A DNA stretch of 61,007 nt, the filler included. It is 7 parts of 7 records of this genome, joined end to end, with 100 filler letters (N's around TTAATTAATTAA, not from the genome) between each part and the next. Parts side by side here need not be neighbours in the genome. Positions count along the whole stretch, not along the records: positions 1 to 12,569 come from SRR31156797_24505; positions 12,670 to 18,677 come from SRR31156797_24517; positions 18,778 to 26,298 come from SRR31156797_24534; 4 more parts are not named here. One strand, given 5' to 3'. The notes under the pieces were generated by a model. It searched no databases. It had not been told where the DNA came from and saw only the letters and a program-made list of their open reading frames with translations. Of the stretch, positions 10,363 to 20,155 are shown one piece after another; the first letter of the stretch is position 1, and every line of letters starts with the position of its first letter. The translations under genes and the position numbers were made by a program.

Positions 10363-11181
10363 ATGGGCCGTTATCCCGACTTTGAAAAGGTTTCTGAGAT
10401 CCTGCGTGAGGCGGCGGCCGAAGAAATCATGCCACGTTTCCGGCATCTATCTGAGGGCGACGTACGTGAAAAACACCCGGGCGACCTAGTCACGGTTGCT
10501 GATCTAGAATCTGAAAAACGTCTAACGGCGGCTCTTTTGTCACTGATCCCCGGAAGTGTCGTCGTCGGAGAGGAAGCTTGCGAGAATGATCCGACTCTTC
10601 CGGATGCCCTGGCCGGCGACGGTCCGGTTTGGCTGGTCGATCCGGTTGATGGCACGGCCAACTTTGCCGCTGGTAAACCGTGTTTTGCGGTCATTGCGGC
10701 TTATGTTCGGGGGGGAGAAACCGTCGCCGGTTGGATTTTCGATCCCATCAACGATGTGATGGCCGTGGCGGCTGCCGGTGAAGGCGCCTGGATTGATCAT
10801 CAGCGCCTTTATGTTTCATCACAGCACGTGGTTTTACAAATGTCCGGAACGGCTCCACGACGTGTGCGTAAACGCCTGGAAATACATGGCCCGGTCAACG
10901 GCGGGATGATGCCAAGGTCACTCACACAGTATATGTGCTGTGGCCGGGAATATATTGACTTGGCTCGCGGCAAACTGGACTTTGGTCGCTACGGCCGGCG
11001 TCTCAAGCCTTGGGATCATGCTGCAGGGATACTGATGCATCGTGAGGCCGGCGGCTATTCGTCCATCGATGAACCTGGTCGGCCCTATACGCCGGCCGGG
11101 GGAATTGCTCAAGGAGCCCTGGTGGCGGCTCCGGACGAGGACAGCTGGAAATCCCTTAAACCGATACTGATTGACAAATAG
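10363..11181 (+). CDS. Inositol monophosphatase family protein
   Basis: DLVTVAD, GEE, WLVDPVDGTANF, KPWDHAAG; start moved to ATG 10363 after GAGGGG. Confidence 0.9.
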   Translation: MGRYPDFEKVSEILREAAAEEIMPRFRHLSEGDVREKHPGDLVTVADLESEKRLTAALLSLIPGSVVVGEEACENDPTLPDALAGDGPVWLVDPVDGTANFAAGKPCFAVIAAYVRGGETVAGWIFDPINDVMAVAAAGEGAWIDHQRLYVSSQHVVLQMSGTAPRRVRKRLEIHGPVNGGMMPRSLTQYMCCGREYIDLARGKLDFGRYGRRLKPWDHAAGILMHREAGGYSSIDEPGRPYTPAGGIAQGALVAAPDEDSWKSLKPILIDK

Positions 11182-11237
11182 AAAGTCACCGACGAACGGG
11201 CAACGGTGACATTGGACTGCAAAAAGGAGGAGAACCC

Positions 11238-12116
11238 ATGAATTCAGCAAAAACGGCTTTCATCGGACTGGGTACCATGGGCTATCCGATGGCCGGGCAT
11301 TTGGCTCGGGCCGGTCACGACGTGGCGGTATACAATCGGACACAAACCAAAGCCGTTTCCTGGTCCGACGAATTTGGTGGCTCTTATGCTGTTACGCCTG
11401 GACAGGCGGCTAAGAACGCTCGTTTCATTTTCACATGCGTCGGCAATGACGATGATTTGAGAAGTGTTGCCTTTGGCGATGACGGCATTCTTGCTGGCCT
11501 TGGTGAAGGCGCAATTCTCGTCGATCACAGCACGGTTTCCTGTGCCGTTTCGAAGGAATTGGCCGACGCGACGGCGGCGCGAGGATGCGAGTTCCTGGAC
11601 GCCCCCATCTCGGGCGGACAGGTTGGTGCCGAAAAAGGCATTCTGACCGTCATGGTTGGTGGCGATACAACCAATTTCGCAGCTGCCGAACCGATCATGC
11701 AGGCGTACGCCCGTGCAGTTACACTGATGGGACCTGTGGGAAGCGGACAGTTGACCAAAATGGTCAATCAGATTGCCATTGCGGGTATCCTGCAAAGTCT
11801 ATCCGAAGCCGTGAATTTCGCCGAAATTTCGGGGCTAGATGTTGATCGCGTATTTGATGTTCTGTCGAAAGGGGCTGCGCAATCCTGGCAGATGGAAAAC
11901 CGGGCTTTGACCATGGCCGAGGGAAAGTTCGATTTTGGCTTTGCTGTTGATTGGATGCGAAAGGACTTGGGAATCGCTATCGATGAGGCCCGACGCAATG
12001 GCGCCCAGCTTCCGGTAGCGGCGCTGGTGGATCAGTTCTACGGCCTATTGCAGGCGCGTGGGCGCGGCCGTTGGGAATTTTCCAGCTTGATTACGCTGCT
12101 AAAGGACAAGATCTGA
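11238..12116 (+). CDS. Beta-hydroxyacid dehydrogenase (3-hydroxyisobutyrate DH family)
   Basis: FIGLGTMGYPMA, DAPISGG, GSGQLTKMVNQ, KDL. Confidence 0.9.
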   Translation: MNSAKTAFIGLGTMGYPMAGHLARAGHDVAVYNRTQTKAVSWSDEFGGSYAVTPGQAAKNARFIFTCVGNDDDLRSVAFGDDGILAGLGEGAILVDHSTVSCAVSKELADATAARGCEFLDAPISGGQVGAEKGILTVMVGGDTTNFAAAEPIMQAYARAVTLMGPVGSGQLTKMVNQIAIAGILQSLSEAVNFAEISGLDVDRVFDVLSKGAAQSWQMENRALTMAEGKFDFGFAVDWMRKDLGIAIDEARRNGAQLPVAALVDQFYGLLQARGRGRWEFSSLITLLKDKI

Positions 12117-12152
12117 ATTCTGAGTGCGACGGCTTGACGCCACCGGCACAGT

Positions 12153-12569
12153 TCAGCCTGGCACGATGACCATAATCGGCATCTTGGCGACAATGCTTTC
12201 GATTCGCCAAATATACATGGTTTTTCCGGGGCGGTCCGTCATCTTGCGGGTGGTGGTCGCGTTGTGCCGTTCGACGCGAGCATCAGTGATGACTCGAACT
12301 TCGCCGTTCATGTTCAGTCCTGAATCGAGGATGCGTTGACGGACGTCGGGGCTCATAACGCCACCGGCAGCCAGCGTGATCAATCGCTTGTTTTTGTCGT
12401 ATTTAAGCGTCAGCATTGCCGCGTTGCGCCGGAAGAAGGTGACCATGCGATGGCGCAGTAGGTCACCCTTCTTATCCCAATGCACTTTGAAAATGCCCTG
12501 TTTGAGGTATTTGAATTCCTTCACCGCGGAATCACGGGTCAAATCCGTTTCCAAGCGAGCCGCGCGTTC
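12153..12569 (-). CDS. Hypothetical protein, C-terminal part (runs off the contig)
   Basis: Frame open from the contig edge to the stop at 12153. Confidence 0.55.
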   Translation of the reverse strand, partial: ERAARLETDLTRDSAVKEFKYLKQGIFKVHWDKKGDLLRHRMVTFFRRNAAMLTLKYDKNKRLITLAAGGVMSPDVRQRILDSGLNMNGEVRVITDARVERHNATTTRKMTDRPGKTMYIWRIESIVAKMPIMVIVPG

Positions 12570-12669
12570 NNNNNNNNNNNNNNNNNNNNNNNNNNNNNNN
12601 NNNNNNNNNNNNNTTAATTAATTAANNNNNNNNNNNNNNNNNNNNNNNNNNNNNNNNNNNNNNNNNNNN
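12570..12669. other. Artificial contig spacer 1
   Basis: 100 nt of N containing TTAATTAATTAA (stops in all six frames). Confidence 0.98.
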
Positions 12670-12868
12670 ATCCATGGGGGCGGGCTGTGATCATATTGCG
12701 CACGTCAATACCCAACTTGGTTATGCCTTGCCGGTTGCCGGGATCAGTATCGTTCTTTGTATGATCCCCACTGCACTTGGCTTGCCTGTTATTATAAGTC
12801 TATTGATAGGAACGGCCGGTGTTGCCGGATTGATCTTTATTTTTGGAAAGAACGCTGAGAAAACCTGA
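12670..12868 (+). CDS. Na+/H+ antiporter NhaC-family protein, C-terminal fragment
   Basis: SMGAGCDHIAHVNTQLGYAL followed by hydrophobic helices. Confidence 0.8.
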
Positions 12869-12912
12869 CTTTTCTGGCAGGATTACAGGATAAAATGTTA
12901 ACACATAAATGT

Positions 12913-12938
12913 AAGGGAGGCTCTGGAGCCTCCCTTTT
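12913..12938 (+). terminator. Intrinsic terminator
   Basis: AAGGGAGGCTC-TG-GAGCCTCCCTT hairpin followed by T-run. Confidence 0.75.
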
Positions 12939-12943
12939 CTTTC

Positions 12944-12967
12944 GGGCGGGTCCAGCCCCGCCCCTAC
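12944..12967 (-). repeat. REP-like palindrome
   Basis: Minus strand reads GTAGGGGCGGGGCTGGACCCGCCC: GTAG tetranucleotide plus GC hairpin. Confidence 0.6.
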
Positions 12968-12975
12968 ATTATAGC

Positions 12976-13563
12976 TTAATTATTTATAAATTCCCAAAAT
13001 TCAATACATGCCTCTTTTAAGGCATTTTCGTCCCCATTATTTTCTATCACATGATCCGCTTGTTTTCGCTTTTCATCTTCGGGCATTTGCAAGGCCATGC
13101 GTTCTTTGATGCTTTCTTCAGAGATACGACCACGCGCCATTGCTCGATTTAGTCGTACTTCTTCATCAGCTGTGATCAATAATATTTTATCAAATATATC
13201 CTGATATCCGGCCTCAAAAAGAATGGCAACCTCTACCATTAAAACACCGGGGACGCTCCCGGTAGCGGCCGCATATTTTTCCAAATGATTTTTTAATGCA
13301 GGATGGGAAATAGCGTTAAGTTTTTTCAGGTCTTCCGGAGTATGGAAAGCGCGTGATGCAAGTACAGCCGTTTGTAGCTCTCCATTCACATAACAATCAT
13401 CACCAAAAGTTGACTTCACTTTTTCTGCCAATTCTTTGTCGACCTTTAATAATTGTTTTGCGATATCATCGGCATTAAGGATGTTCGCACCCAATTCCAG
13501 GAATATCTTCATGGCGGCTGATTTTCCGGAACCCAGCCCGCCGGTGACTCCGATCTTTAGCAT
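12976..13563 (-). CDS. coaE: Dephospho-CoA kinase
   Basis: GVTGGLGSGKS P-loop, DDIAK, ISHP, LFE, ADHVIENNG. Confidence 0.93.
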   Translation of the reverse strand: MLKIGVTGGLGSGKSAAMKIFLELGANILNADDIAKQLLKVDKELAEKVKSTFGDDCYVNGELQTAVLASRAFHTPEDLKKLNAISHPALKNHLEKYAAATGSVPGVLMVEVAILFEAGYQDIFDKILLITADEEVRLNRAMARGRISEESIKERMALQMPEDEKRKQADHVIENNGDENALKEACIEFWEFINN

Positions 13564-13639
13564 ATGATTACCTCGTTTAACCAGTAAAATTACAAAGGTA
13601 AAAGATAAAAGGCAAAATAAAGTATAAAAGATTAAATCA

Positions 13640-13838
13640 GTAGCCCCGGGCTTCAGTCCGGGGTATAAGGCTTAAAATACGGGGTTTTAACCCCATACAT
13701 TTTGTTATTACCACGGGAACGGTCGTGCAAGCCGGGTTGAAACCAGTTTTATTAAAATTTAAAACCCCGACATAAATGCCGGGGCTATTTAAAATTTTTG
13801 ACATAAAAAAATAGGGGCGAAAAATCTTTCGCCCCCAT
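13640..13838. repeat. Cluster of REP-like palindromes including an inverted pair
   Basis: GTAGCCCCGGGCTTCAGTCCGGGG (13640-13663); GGGGTTTTAACCCC (13681-13694); inverted relative CCCCGACATAAATGCCGGGGCTAT (13765-13788); TAGGGGCGAAAAATCTTTCGCCCCC (from 13812). Confidence 0.6.
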
Positions 13839-13860
13839 AAATCAAAATATCATAAATGAA

Positions 13861-14763
13861 TTATTTGTCTTCTATCTTTTTCAAGTCATGATGATTGGCA
13901 TCACCATGGACCATATCCTGCAAAACATTGGTCAGCTTCTTAAGCCCCTTCTTCTGAGCGGCAGTTAAGTAGTCCATCATTTCATCAAGCGGAATAACTT
14001 CGTGGGTTGCATCTTCAAAATCACAGCTTACTGTTCTGTCAAAGATATCGATCTTTTGGATATACCCTTTTCTACCGTCTTTCAAAAGAGGTTCGCCAAC
14101 AGGTGGGTACTTCTTAAGTTCGTCACAATAGAATCCGTGTTCGTATAGAAGGCAGCATTTTAATTTTCCACATTGACCGCTAAGCTTTACCGGATTCATG
14201 GGTAAGCTCTGATCTTTTGCTACTTGCGTGCTGACGGGCTCAAAGCTTTCAAGAAAGGCACCGCAGCAAAGAGGCATGCCGCATGAGCCGACGCCCGATA
14301 GGCGTTTTGTTTCATCCCGAACACCGATCTGGCGCATTTCAATACGCGTTCTGAACATTCCCGCTAAAACCCTGACGAGTTCACGAAAATCAACGCGTTC
14401 TTCGGCCGTATAATAGAAGGATAGTTTTTTTCGATCTAATTGATATTCAACATCCATGAGCTTCATGACCAAGCCAAGTTCTTTGATCTTTGCTTTACTT
14501 TGCTCTAAAATATTTTGTTCATCAAGTCGATTTTTATCCAGAGATTTGATGTCTTTTTCTTCAGCTTTTCGAACGACCTGGAATTCGGATATTTTTATTT
14601 TGGGTTCATAATTATCCGTAACTGCGGCAACTTGCCCCAGATCCTGTCCCTTATCTGTAGAAACAATTAGATAGTCTTCCGGTTTAATGGGAAAACTCAT
14701 GGGATTCGTATAATATTCTTTACGATTTCCCTTAAAAGATAGTTTTATAAGTTGTTCGCTCAA
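13861..14763 (-). CDS. ricT: PSP1-domain RicT/YaaT-like Fe-S protein
   Basis: FYYTAEERVDFRELV, RIEMRQIGVRDE, GSCGMPLCC, GQCGKLKCCL. Confidence 0.88.
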   Translation of the reverse strand: MSEQLIKLSFKGNRKEYYTNPMSFPIKPEDYLIVSTDKGQDLGQVAAVTDNYEPKIKISEFQVVRKAEEKDIKSLDKNRLDEQNILEQSKAKIKELGLVMKLMDVEYQLDRKKLSFYYTAEERVDFRELVRVLAGMFRTRIEMRQIGVRDETKRLSGVGSCGMPLCCGAFLESFEPVSTQVAKDQSLPMNPVKLSGQCGKLKCCLLYEHGFYCDELKKYPPVGEPLLKDGRKGYIQKIDIFDRTVSCDFEDATHEVIPLDEMMDYLTAAQKKGLKKLTNVLQDMVHGDANHHDLKKIEDK

Positions 14764-14769
14764 TGGCGT

Positions 14770-15963
14770 TTATTCTCCATGATAGGTTAAATAAGCATCA
14801 ACACCGGCTCCTATAGCGGGTGCTTCACGCAGTTTTGATGTCTTGATCAGATCTTCATTGAACTGCTCGTCTTTCAAATAATGGTTCTTGAATTTAGCAT
14901 CAAGATACGGCGATTCGACAATGAACTTGGTCAAGAATTCAAGGAATGGTTCATAAAACACATCTTTACCTTTTGATGACTCAAGCAGATCTCCCAGACG
15001 CTGGCCAACGATAATGCTATCAAGCAGCGTTGTTTTATAAGAGTGCTTTTCACTAAGGTCAGCACGATTTGAATTGACAAATTCAAAGAAATGGTGCCAA
15101 CCGCTGTAAATGGTAACAATGCGTTCGAAAAGAAGTTTTGCAATATTATATGAAACATCATTGAATGTGCGTTTTGCAGAAGGATCTTCATCAAACAGAT
15201 CCATGATCTGCGGCGGATATATATCGTTATTGTTCAGTTCTTCCAGGCTCATACCGGAAAACTCGCTATAGATAGCTTGAATTCCCTTGGATGAAGCAAA
15301 GCGCTCCATGGATTTATCTTCACTATTTTTCATTTCCCAGGCTTTTGCGATCCATGTTTTAGCTTTATCAAAAGGAAGCAATTCGCCTTTTAGTTTCATT
15401 GCATCGGCAACACCCGTACCGCCACCAAGATAATATGAATTTTCCGCATGGCGAAATAGGCCGTTAATACTGTATTCTTCACCAATACCACAATAATCCG
15501 CATCCGAGCCCAAATGGTGAATCGGTTTTTCCATTTTTATGCCCATGGATTCGACACGTTCTTCAATGACCTTACAATATTCCGGCATTCTGGGGCCATT
15601 CGCCAAAGCAACGATCCCGCGTTTATCTGCAGATTTCAAACCGGGCATACCAATACCAACCATAACGCTTTCAGCACCTACTTTGTCGGCAAGTTCAATG
15701 ATCACATCAGCTGTGGCATACATATATGCTTTGCCGTGAAGTTTTTCTTCAACGGTCAGATCAATGTCGTTTTCGTTCATCTCACCCAATTGAACAAGAA
15801 TATTAACAGGTTTGAATGATGGCATGTGTTCTTCATATTCGCGATACTGTTTGATCACGTTTATATCACCAAGTTGAAATGTGTTATCTTCATTGATGAC
15901 GGTCGTCCATCCGCTAACCTTTGTTGCGCCCCCGTCAATTCCTATCAGTAATGTTTTCGACAT
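14770..15963 (-). CDS. Divergent ROK-family kinase-like protein
   Basis: IGIDGGATK phosphate-1 loop, GIGMPG, SDADYCGIGE, LGGGTGVA, C-terminal APAIGA. Confidence 0.7.
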   Translation of the reverse strand: MSKTLLIGIDGGATKVSGWTTVINEDNTFQLGDINVIKQYREYEEHMPSFKPVNILVQLGEMNENDIDLTVEEKLHGKAYMYATADVIIELADKVGAESVMVGIGMPGLKSADKRGIVALANGPRMPEYCKVIEERVESMGIKMEKPIHHLGSDADYCGIGEEYSINGLFRHAENSYYLGGGTGVADAMKLKGELLPFDKAKTWIAKAWEMKNSEDKSMERFASSKGIQAIYSEFSGMSLEELNNNDIYPPQIMDLFDEDPSAKRTFNDVSYNIAKLLFERIVTIYSGWHHFFEFVNSNRADLSEKHSYKTTLLDSIIVGQRLGDLLESSKGKDVFYEPFLEFLTKFIVESPYLDAKFKNHYLKDEQFNEDLIKTSKLREAPAIGAGVDAYLTYHGE

Positions 15964-16398
15964 GTTTGCTCCATCATTTATTAATTACGCCAATATATCG
16001 GGTTGAAGTTACAATCTTTTCGTAGAAAATGCAATCCGTGAAACGTAAAAGGTTTGACAAGATATATTTTGACCCTCCTGCGCTCTTCGAGCTTCGGCAG
16101 GGTAAACAGGATAACGGGATTAACTTGATGACTTTTATTTTGTAATCAAGTATATGTTATTCTCATTAAATCAAGCTACTTTCTGCCGACCGCTTACTGT
16201 TTTCTATAAAAAACCACGGATCGCTCAGATCACACAGATAACAAATAACATAGTCATCCTGAACTCGTTTCAGGACCTCTGTGAGTATCAAAACTTAAAG
16301 AATTATTTTGAACGTGGAATGTTTATATTGAACTACTGCGTAATTCCTGATTTTTGGGGAAAATCAATTACTACTATATTTGACTGTTAAGCGGTCTA

Positions 16399-16995
16399 CT
16401 AAAATAAAGTATAGCTTAAACCATAATTCAATGACAGTGTTTGGGTATAATTTTCATTGATCGTAATAGGCTCGGGAATATCTGTAAAATAAATATTGCT
16501 ATTGAAATTCAACCCCATGAATAGTGACAATTTGTCGGAAATCATTAAATCCCAATCCAGACCAATATCTATACCTGGTATTGATTTAGTATGAGTATAA
16601 ATTATAAACATACAATTTGAGTGAATAGCAGCATCTACAGAATGCCATGTTGTTCCCAACCTGAGACAAAGGGCAGATTTTTCAGTTAACTTTATTTTCT
16701 GTATTAATCCGCCGGATAAAACAAAATACTGTTTCAAATAATAATTTGTAAGCGGTTTATCAATGCTTGCATATAGCCCTGTATTTCGATATAAAGTCGA
16801 AATCTCCATTTCTATCGCGGGAATAATAACTTCATAATAATCATCGTCAATCATATAATCCGAAACAGACAAGCAATGTTCATCGGTCGAAAAATCTTGC
16901 AATCCAGCACTAATTGACAAGTCAAATGAAAACGGATTGGCCAGAGAAATTGACAACAAGATCAGAGATAGTGGAAAAACGCGTTTCAGAATCAT
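16399..16995 (-). CDS. Putative outer-membrane beta-barrel protein
   Basis: Signal peptide (SLA-NP), alternating beta-strand pattern, C-terminal YGLSYTLF beta-signal; GAAGGA RBS. Confidence 0.6.
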   Translation of the reverse strand: MILKRVFPLSLILLSISLANPFSFDLSISAGLQDFSTDEHCLSVSDYMIDDDYYEVIIPAIEMEISTLYRNTGLYASIDKPLTNYYLKQYFVLSGGLIQKIKLTEKSALCLRLGTTWHSVDAAIHSNCMFIIYTHTKSIPGIDIGLDWDLMISDKLSLFMGLNFNSNIYFTDIPEPITINENYTQTLSLNYGLSYTLF

Positions 16996-17069
16996 ACATC
17001 GTTCCTTCATTCTATTTTTATAATATTCTATGCTCGGTCAACCAATCAATTCATAATTTTGTTCCAAAG

Positions 17070-17100
17070 AAAAAGGGTTCCGAAACTTCGGAACCCCTAC
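17070..17100 (-). terminator. Intrinsic terminator downstream of the GT2 gene
   Basis: Minus strand GGGTTCCGAA-GT-TTCGGAACCC followed by TTTTT. Confidence 0.75.
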
Positions 17101-17135
17101 ACTATATTTTCTAGTCACTAGTTACCAGTCACCAG

Positions 17136-18677
17136 TTACTTTTTCGCATTGAATTTCTGACGACGCAGAATGGCTTCCATGCGGACCCAGTCTTTGGCGT
17201 TGTCATTACGATCAACAGTGTTCTGATCTATATTATGATCCGTACCGCCGGCATGGCGAACAACCTTATAGATCGGATCCCATACACGGCCGATCTTGTA
17301 CATATCGGCGATCTTGCCGACCAGTTCATAATCTTCACCGTAGTTACGTGCATATGGATCGTCGTTAATGCTGAAATAACCGGCATTTTTAATGACTTCG
17401 ATGCGGGCTGAGCGCGGTGCGCCGGCGCCATTGATGCGAAGCAGGTTGTTGCGGCCGTTATCATCGGTCCATTCATCGTGTGTTACAACAGGAATTTCAT
17501 CGACGCGGGTAATTTTACCGTCAGCGTGTTTTTCCCAAACTTCATAAGAACCGATAACCATACCGATCTCAGGATCGCTTTCATAAACAGCCAACAGTTT
17601 TTCAACTGCATCTTCGATAAGTTGATCATCAGAATCAAGCTGGACATAGTATTTACCGCGTGCCATTTTCGAACCGAGGTTCAGGCACATACCAATACTG
17701 TTGATATCAAGAACAACCAAACGAACATCGGGTTTGGCGGCATCATATTTGTCGCCACCTTCCATGTATTCGCGGACAACATCTGCTGTGGCATCCTTAT
17801 CACCACCATTGACCATGACCAGGACTTCAATATCCTGAACGGTTTGGCGTTGTACGCTTTCGATGGCAGAACCGATAAATTCGGGACGGTTGCCAACAGG
17901 AATGATCACAGATGCTTTCAAGGTTGATACATCTTCATGCTCTGCATTACGAGGCATTAAAACACCGGGTGCCATGTAAGCGCCAATGCGTTTCAAGTGC
18001 TCGGTTACAACTGCTTCGGCTTCAAGCTGAATGTCTTTACCGGCTTTAAGGTAATCGAAAACGTCTGCTTTTTTACCGGCTGCAACAACTTTGTAAAAAG
18101 AACCGCTGTAACGATTCGCGATACGATAAAGTTTGTTCTTTTCTGAGATCTTTAAACGAAGATCATAATACTGATTGTATTTAACAGATTCATCAAAACC
18201 GCCAATGGCTTCGAGGGCTTCTTTCTTTACGAAGAACGCCTTACCATAATCCATGTTATCGCGAACACGGCCGATGTGATGGTCTAAAAGATGCAATTCC
18301 TTGATCTCGCCACCGTCTTCCAGCTCATATGAAGTATAAAAAAGACCGGCGTCTTTTTGACGTTCTGCTCCCAGAAGGAAGCCATCGATCGCGGCTTTTT
18401 TCATCATGACGGGGTTATCGCGGTTATCGATGAGCAATACCCAGTCGGCTGTTGCCTGTGAAAGGGCTTTGTTCATGTCAACCGACAGGTCATGTTTGCT
18501 TTCGATCACTTTGGGATCCAAAGCTGCAAATTTTTCAGCTGCTTCTTTGGTGTCGCAGGAAATAATAATCGTTTCAATATCTTTACAGGTCTGTCCCGCA
18601 AGACCGTCGATCTGTGCTTTCAGGTGCTCTTCAGAAAATTCTTTGTCTTTACAATAATGAAGAATTACACTTGTTTT
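17136..18677 (-). CDS. Two-domain glycosyltransferase family 2 protein (5' truncated)
   Basis: ASVIIPV, AIESV, QLDSDD (DxD), YGEDY; frame stays open to the contig edge (KTSVILHY...). Confidence 0.85.
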   Translation of the reverse strand, partial: KTSVILHYCKDKEFSEEHLKAQIDGLAGQTCKDIETIIISCDTKEAAEKFAALDPKVIESKHDLSVDMNKALSQATADWVLLIDNRDNPVMMKKAAIDGFLLGAERQKDAGLFYTSYELEDGGEIKELHLLDHHIGRVRDNMDYGKAFFVKKEALEAIGGFDESVKYNQYYDLRLKISEKNKLYRIANRYSGSFYKVVAAGKKADVFDYLKAGKDIQLEAEAVVTEHLKRIGAYMAPGVLMPRNAEHEDVSTLKASVIIPVGNRPEFIGSAIESVQRQTVQDIEVLVMVNGGDKDATADVVREYMEGGDKYDAAKPDVRLVVLDINSIGMCLNLGSKMARGKYYVQLDSDDQLIEDAVEKLLAVYESDPEIGMVIGSYEVWEKHADGKITRVDEIPVVTHDEWTDDNGRNNLLRINGAGAPRSARIEVIKNAGYFSINDDPYARNYGEDYELVGKIADMYKIGRVWDPIYKVVRHAGGTDHNIDQNTVDRNDNAKDWVRMEAILRRQKFNAKK

Positions 18678-18777
18678 NNNNNNNNNNNNNNNNNNNNNNN
18701 NNNNNNNNNNNNNNNNNNNNNTTAATTAATTAANNNNNNNNNNNNNNNNNNNNNNNNNNNNNNNNNNNNNNNNNNNN
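18678..18777. other. Artificial contig spacer 2
   Basis: 100 nt of N containing TTAATTAATTAA. Confidence 0.98.
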
Positions 18778-20112
18778 GATATTTACTTCAATCCAGGTGA
18801 TGTTCCTCCGCCAATCACGGTTCAGGAAGAAGTGGTTGTAGAAAAACCGATTGAACAACCGGAACACACCATGATTATCAGTGATATTGAAAAGAGTGTT
18901 GACGATAACAACACCATGAACAATTATATCTTTAATGGTTCAGAGGAAGATGCTGATATTGTACGCTACAACATGGAGCAAATGGCCTTAGACACCGCTG
19001 ATACCACTTATTATTATAACGATGATGAAATGACAGCGGTCATTAATAATTATTACGCCGGAGATGAATTGGATTATGCTTATCGTATCCGACGTTTCCA
19101 CCGCCCATCTTTTTACGATCCGTTTTATTGGGACAGTTGGGCTTATTACGATCCATTTTATTATGATCCATACTACTATGGTCCTTCCTGGTCATTTTCC
19201 TGGAGTTGGGGATGGGGTTGGCCATATTTCAGCTGGGGATACGGATATCCTTACTATGGTTATCCGGGTTATGGTTGGGGATGTTATCCCCCTTATTATG
19301 GAGGAGGCTGGTGCCATCATCCGGGACACCCATCTTACCCGGGCTACCCGGGGCACGGCAGAGATTACACTTATGGCCAACGAAGATCGACCGGAACAAA
19401 TGTATACCGCGGGGAATCAGGTCGCCGATCTGCTTCTGCAGCTGTAGCCTCTGCGGGAAATAACCGAAGAGGAACAGCTACTACGACAAAATCCGGATCA
19501 ACTTCTACCAGAAACGGAGTATCAGATGCTTCTCGTCGTTCAACCGGCACCAGGACAGCTGTTACAAAATCGAGTAGTAACAATGCAAATGTACTTACCG
19601 AAAGAAGAAGAACTACGGGTAATACATACACTCGTCAATCAAGTGCTACAAAGTCAGCTACAACACGTGTGCAAAATTATACTCGTCCAAGCAGCTCTTC
19701 AACAAGAACTTATACACGTCCGAGCAGCTCTAAAACCAGTTATACGCAACCACGTGTTTCAAATAGTAGTAGTAGTAGTAAGTCATCCAACACACGTTAC
19801 ACAACTCCTCGCTCATCTTCTTCTTCATCTTACAACAAGTCTTACCGTTCAAGCTCAACGTATAATCGTAGTTCCAGCAGTGGAGCATCTTCAAGAAGTT
19901 ATCGTGCACCTTCATCAACCAAGTCTGGTAGCAGCAGTTACCGAAGCAGTGGATCTTCTTCACGAAGTAATAGCAGCTACAGAAGTAGTGGTTCATCGAC
20001 TCGTAGTAGCAGTAGTTACCGAAGCAGCGGATCTTCTTCTTCAGGAGGTTCAAGAAGTTCCGGATCATCGTCTCGCAGCTCAGGTGGCAGTGGAGGAAGT
20101 AGAAGAAGATAG
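18778..20112 (+). CDS. Bacteroidota low-complexity protein (Tyr/Trp/Gly-rich core, Ser/Arg-rich tail), 5' truncated
   Basis: Frame open from the edge (DIYFNP...); YAYRIRRFH motif; ends GGSGGSRRR; directly upstream of the FadL-like gene. Confidence 0.8.
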   Translation, partial: DIYFNPGDVPPPITVQEEVVVEKPIEQPEHTMIISDIEKSVDDNNTMNNYIFNGSEEDADIVRYNMEQMALDTADTTYYYNDDEMTAVINNYYAGDELDYAYRIRRFHRPSFYDPFYWDSWAYYDPFYYDPYYYGPSWSFSWSWGWGWPYFSWGYGYPYYGYPGYGWGCYPPYYGGGWCHHPGHPSYPGYPGHGRDYTYGQRRSTGTNVYRGESGRRSASAAVASAGNNRRGTATTTKSGSTSTRNGVSDASRRSTGTRTAVTKSSSNNANVLTERRRTTGNTYTRQSSATKSATTRVQNYTRPSSSSTRTYTRPSSSKTSYTQPRVSNSSSSSKSSNTRYTTPRSSSSSSYNKSYRSSSTYNRSSSSGASSRSYRAPSSTKSGSSSYRSSGSSSRSNSSYRSSGSSTRSSSSYRSSGSSSSGGSRSSGSSSRSSGGSGGSRRR

Positions 20113-20155
20113 AACAGGAATCAATAGTACACAATAAACGACAAAACTATTTGCC

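Noticed and set aside
19526-20137. Overlapping Val-rich ORF (+) and antisense ORFs in the Ser/Arg-rich region
   Set aside because: These are frame-shifted shadows of low-complexity AGT/AGC/TCA codons in the real gene.
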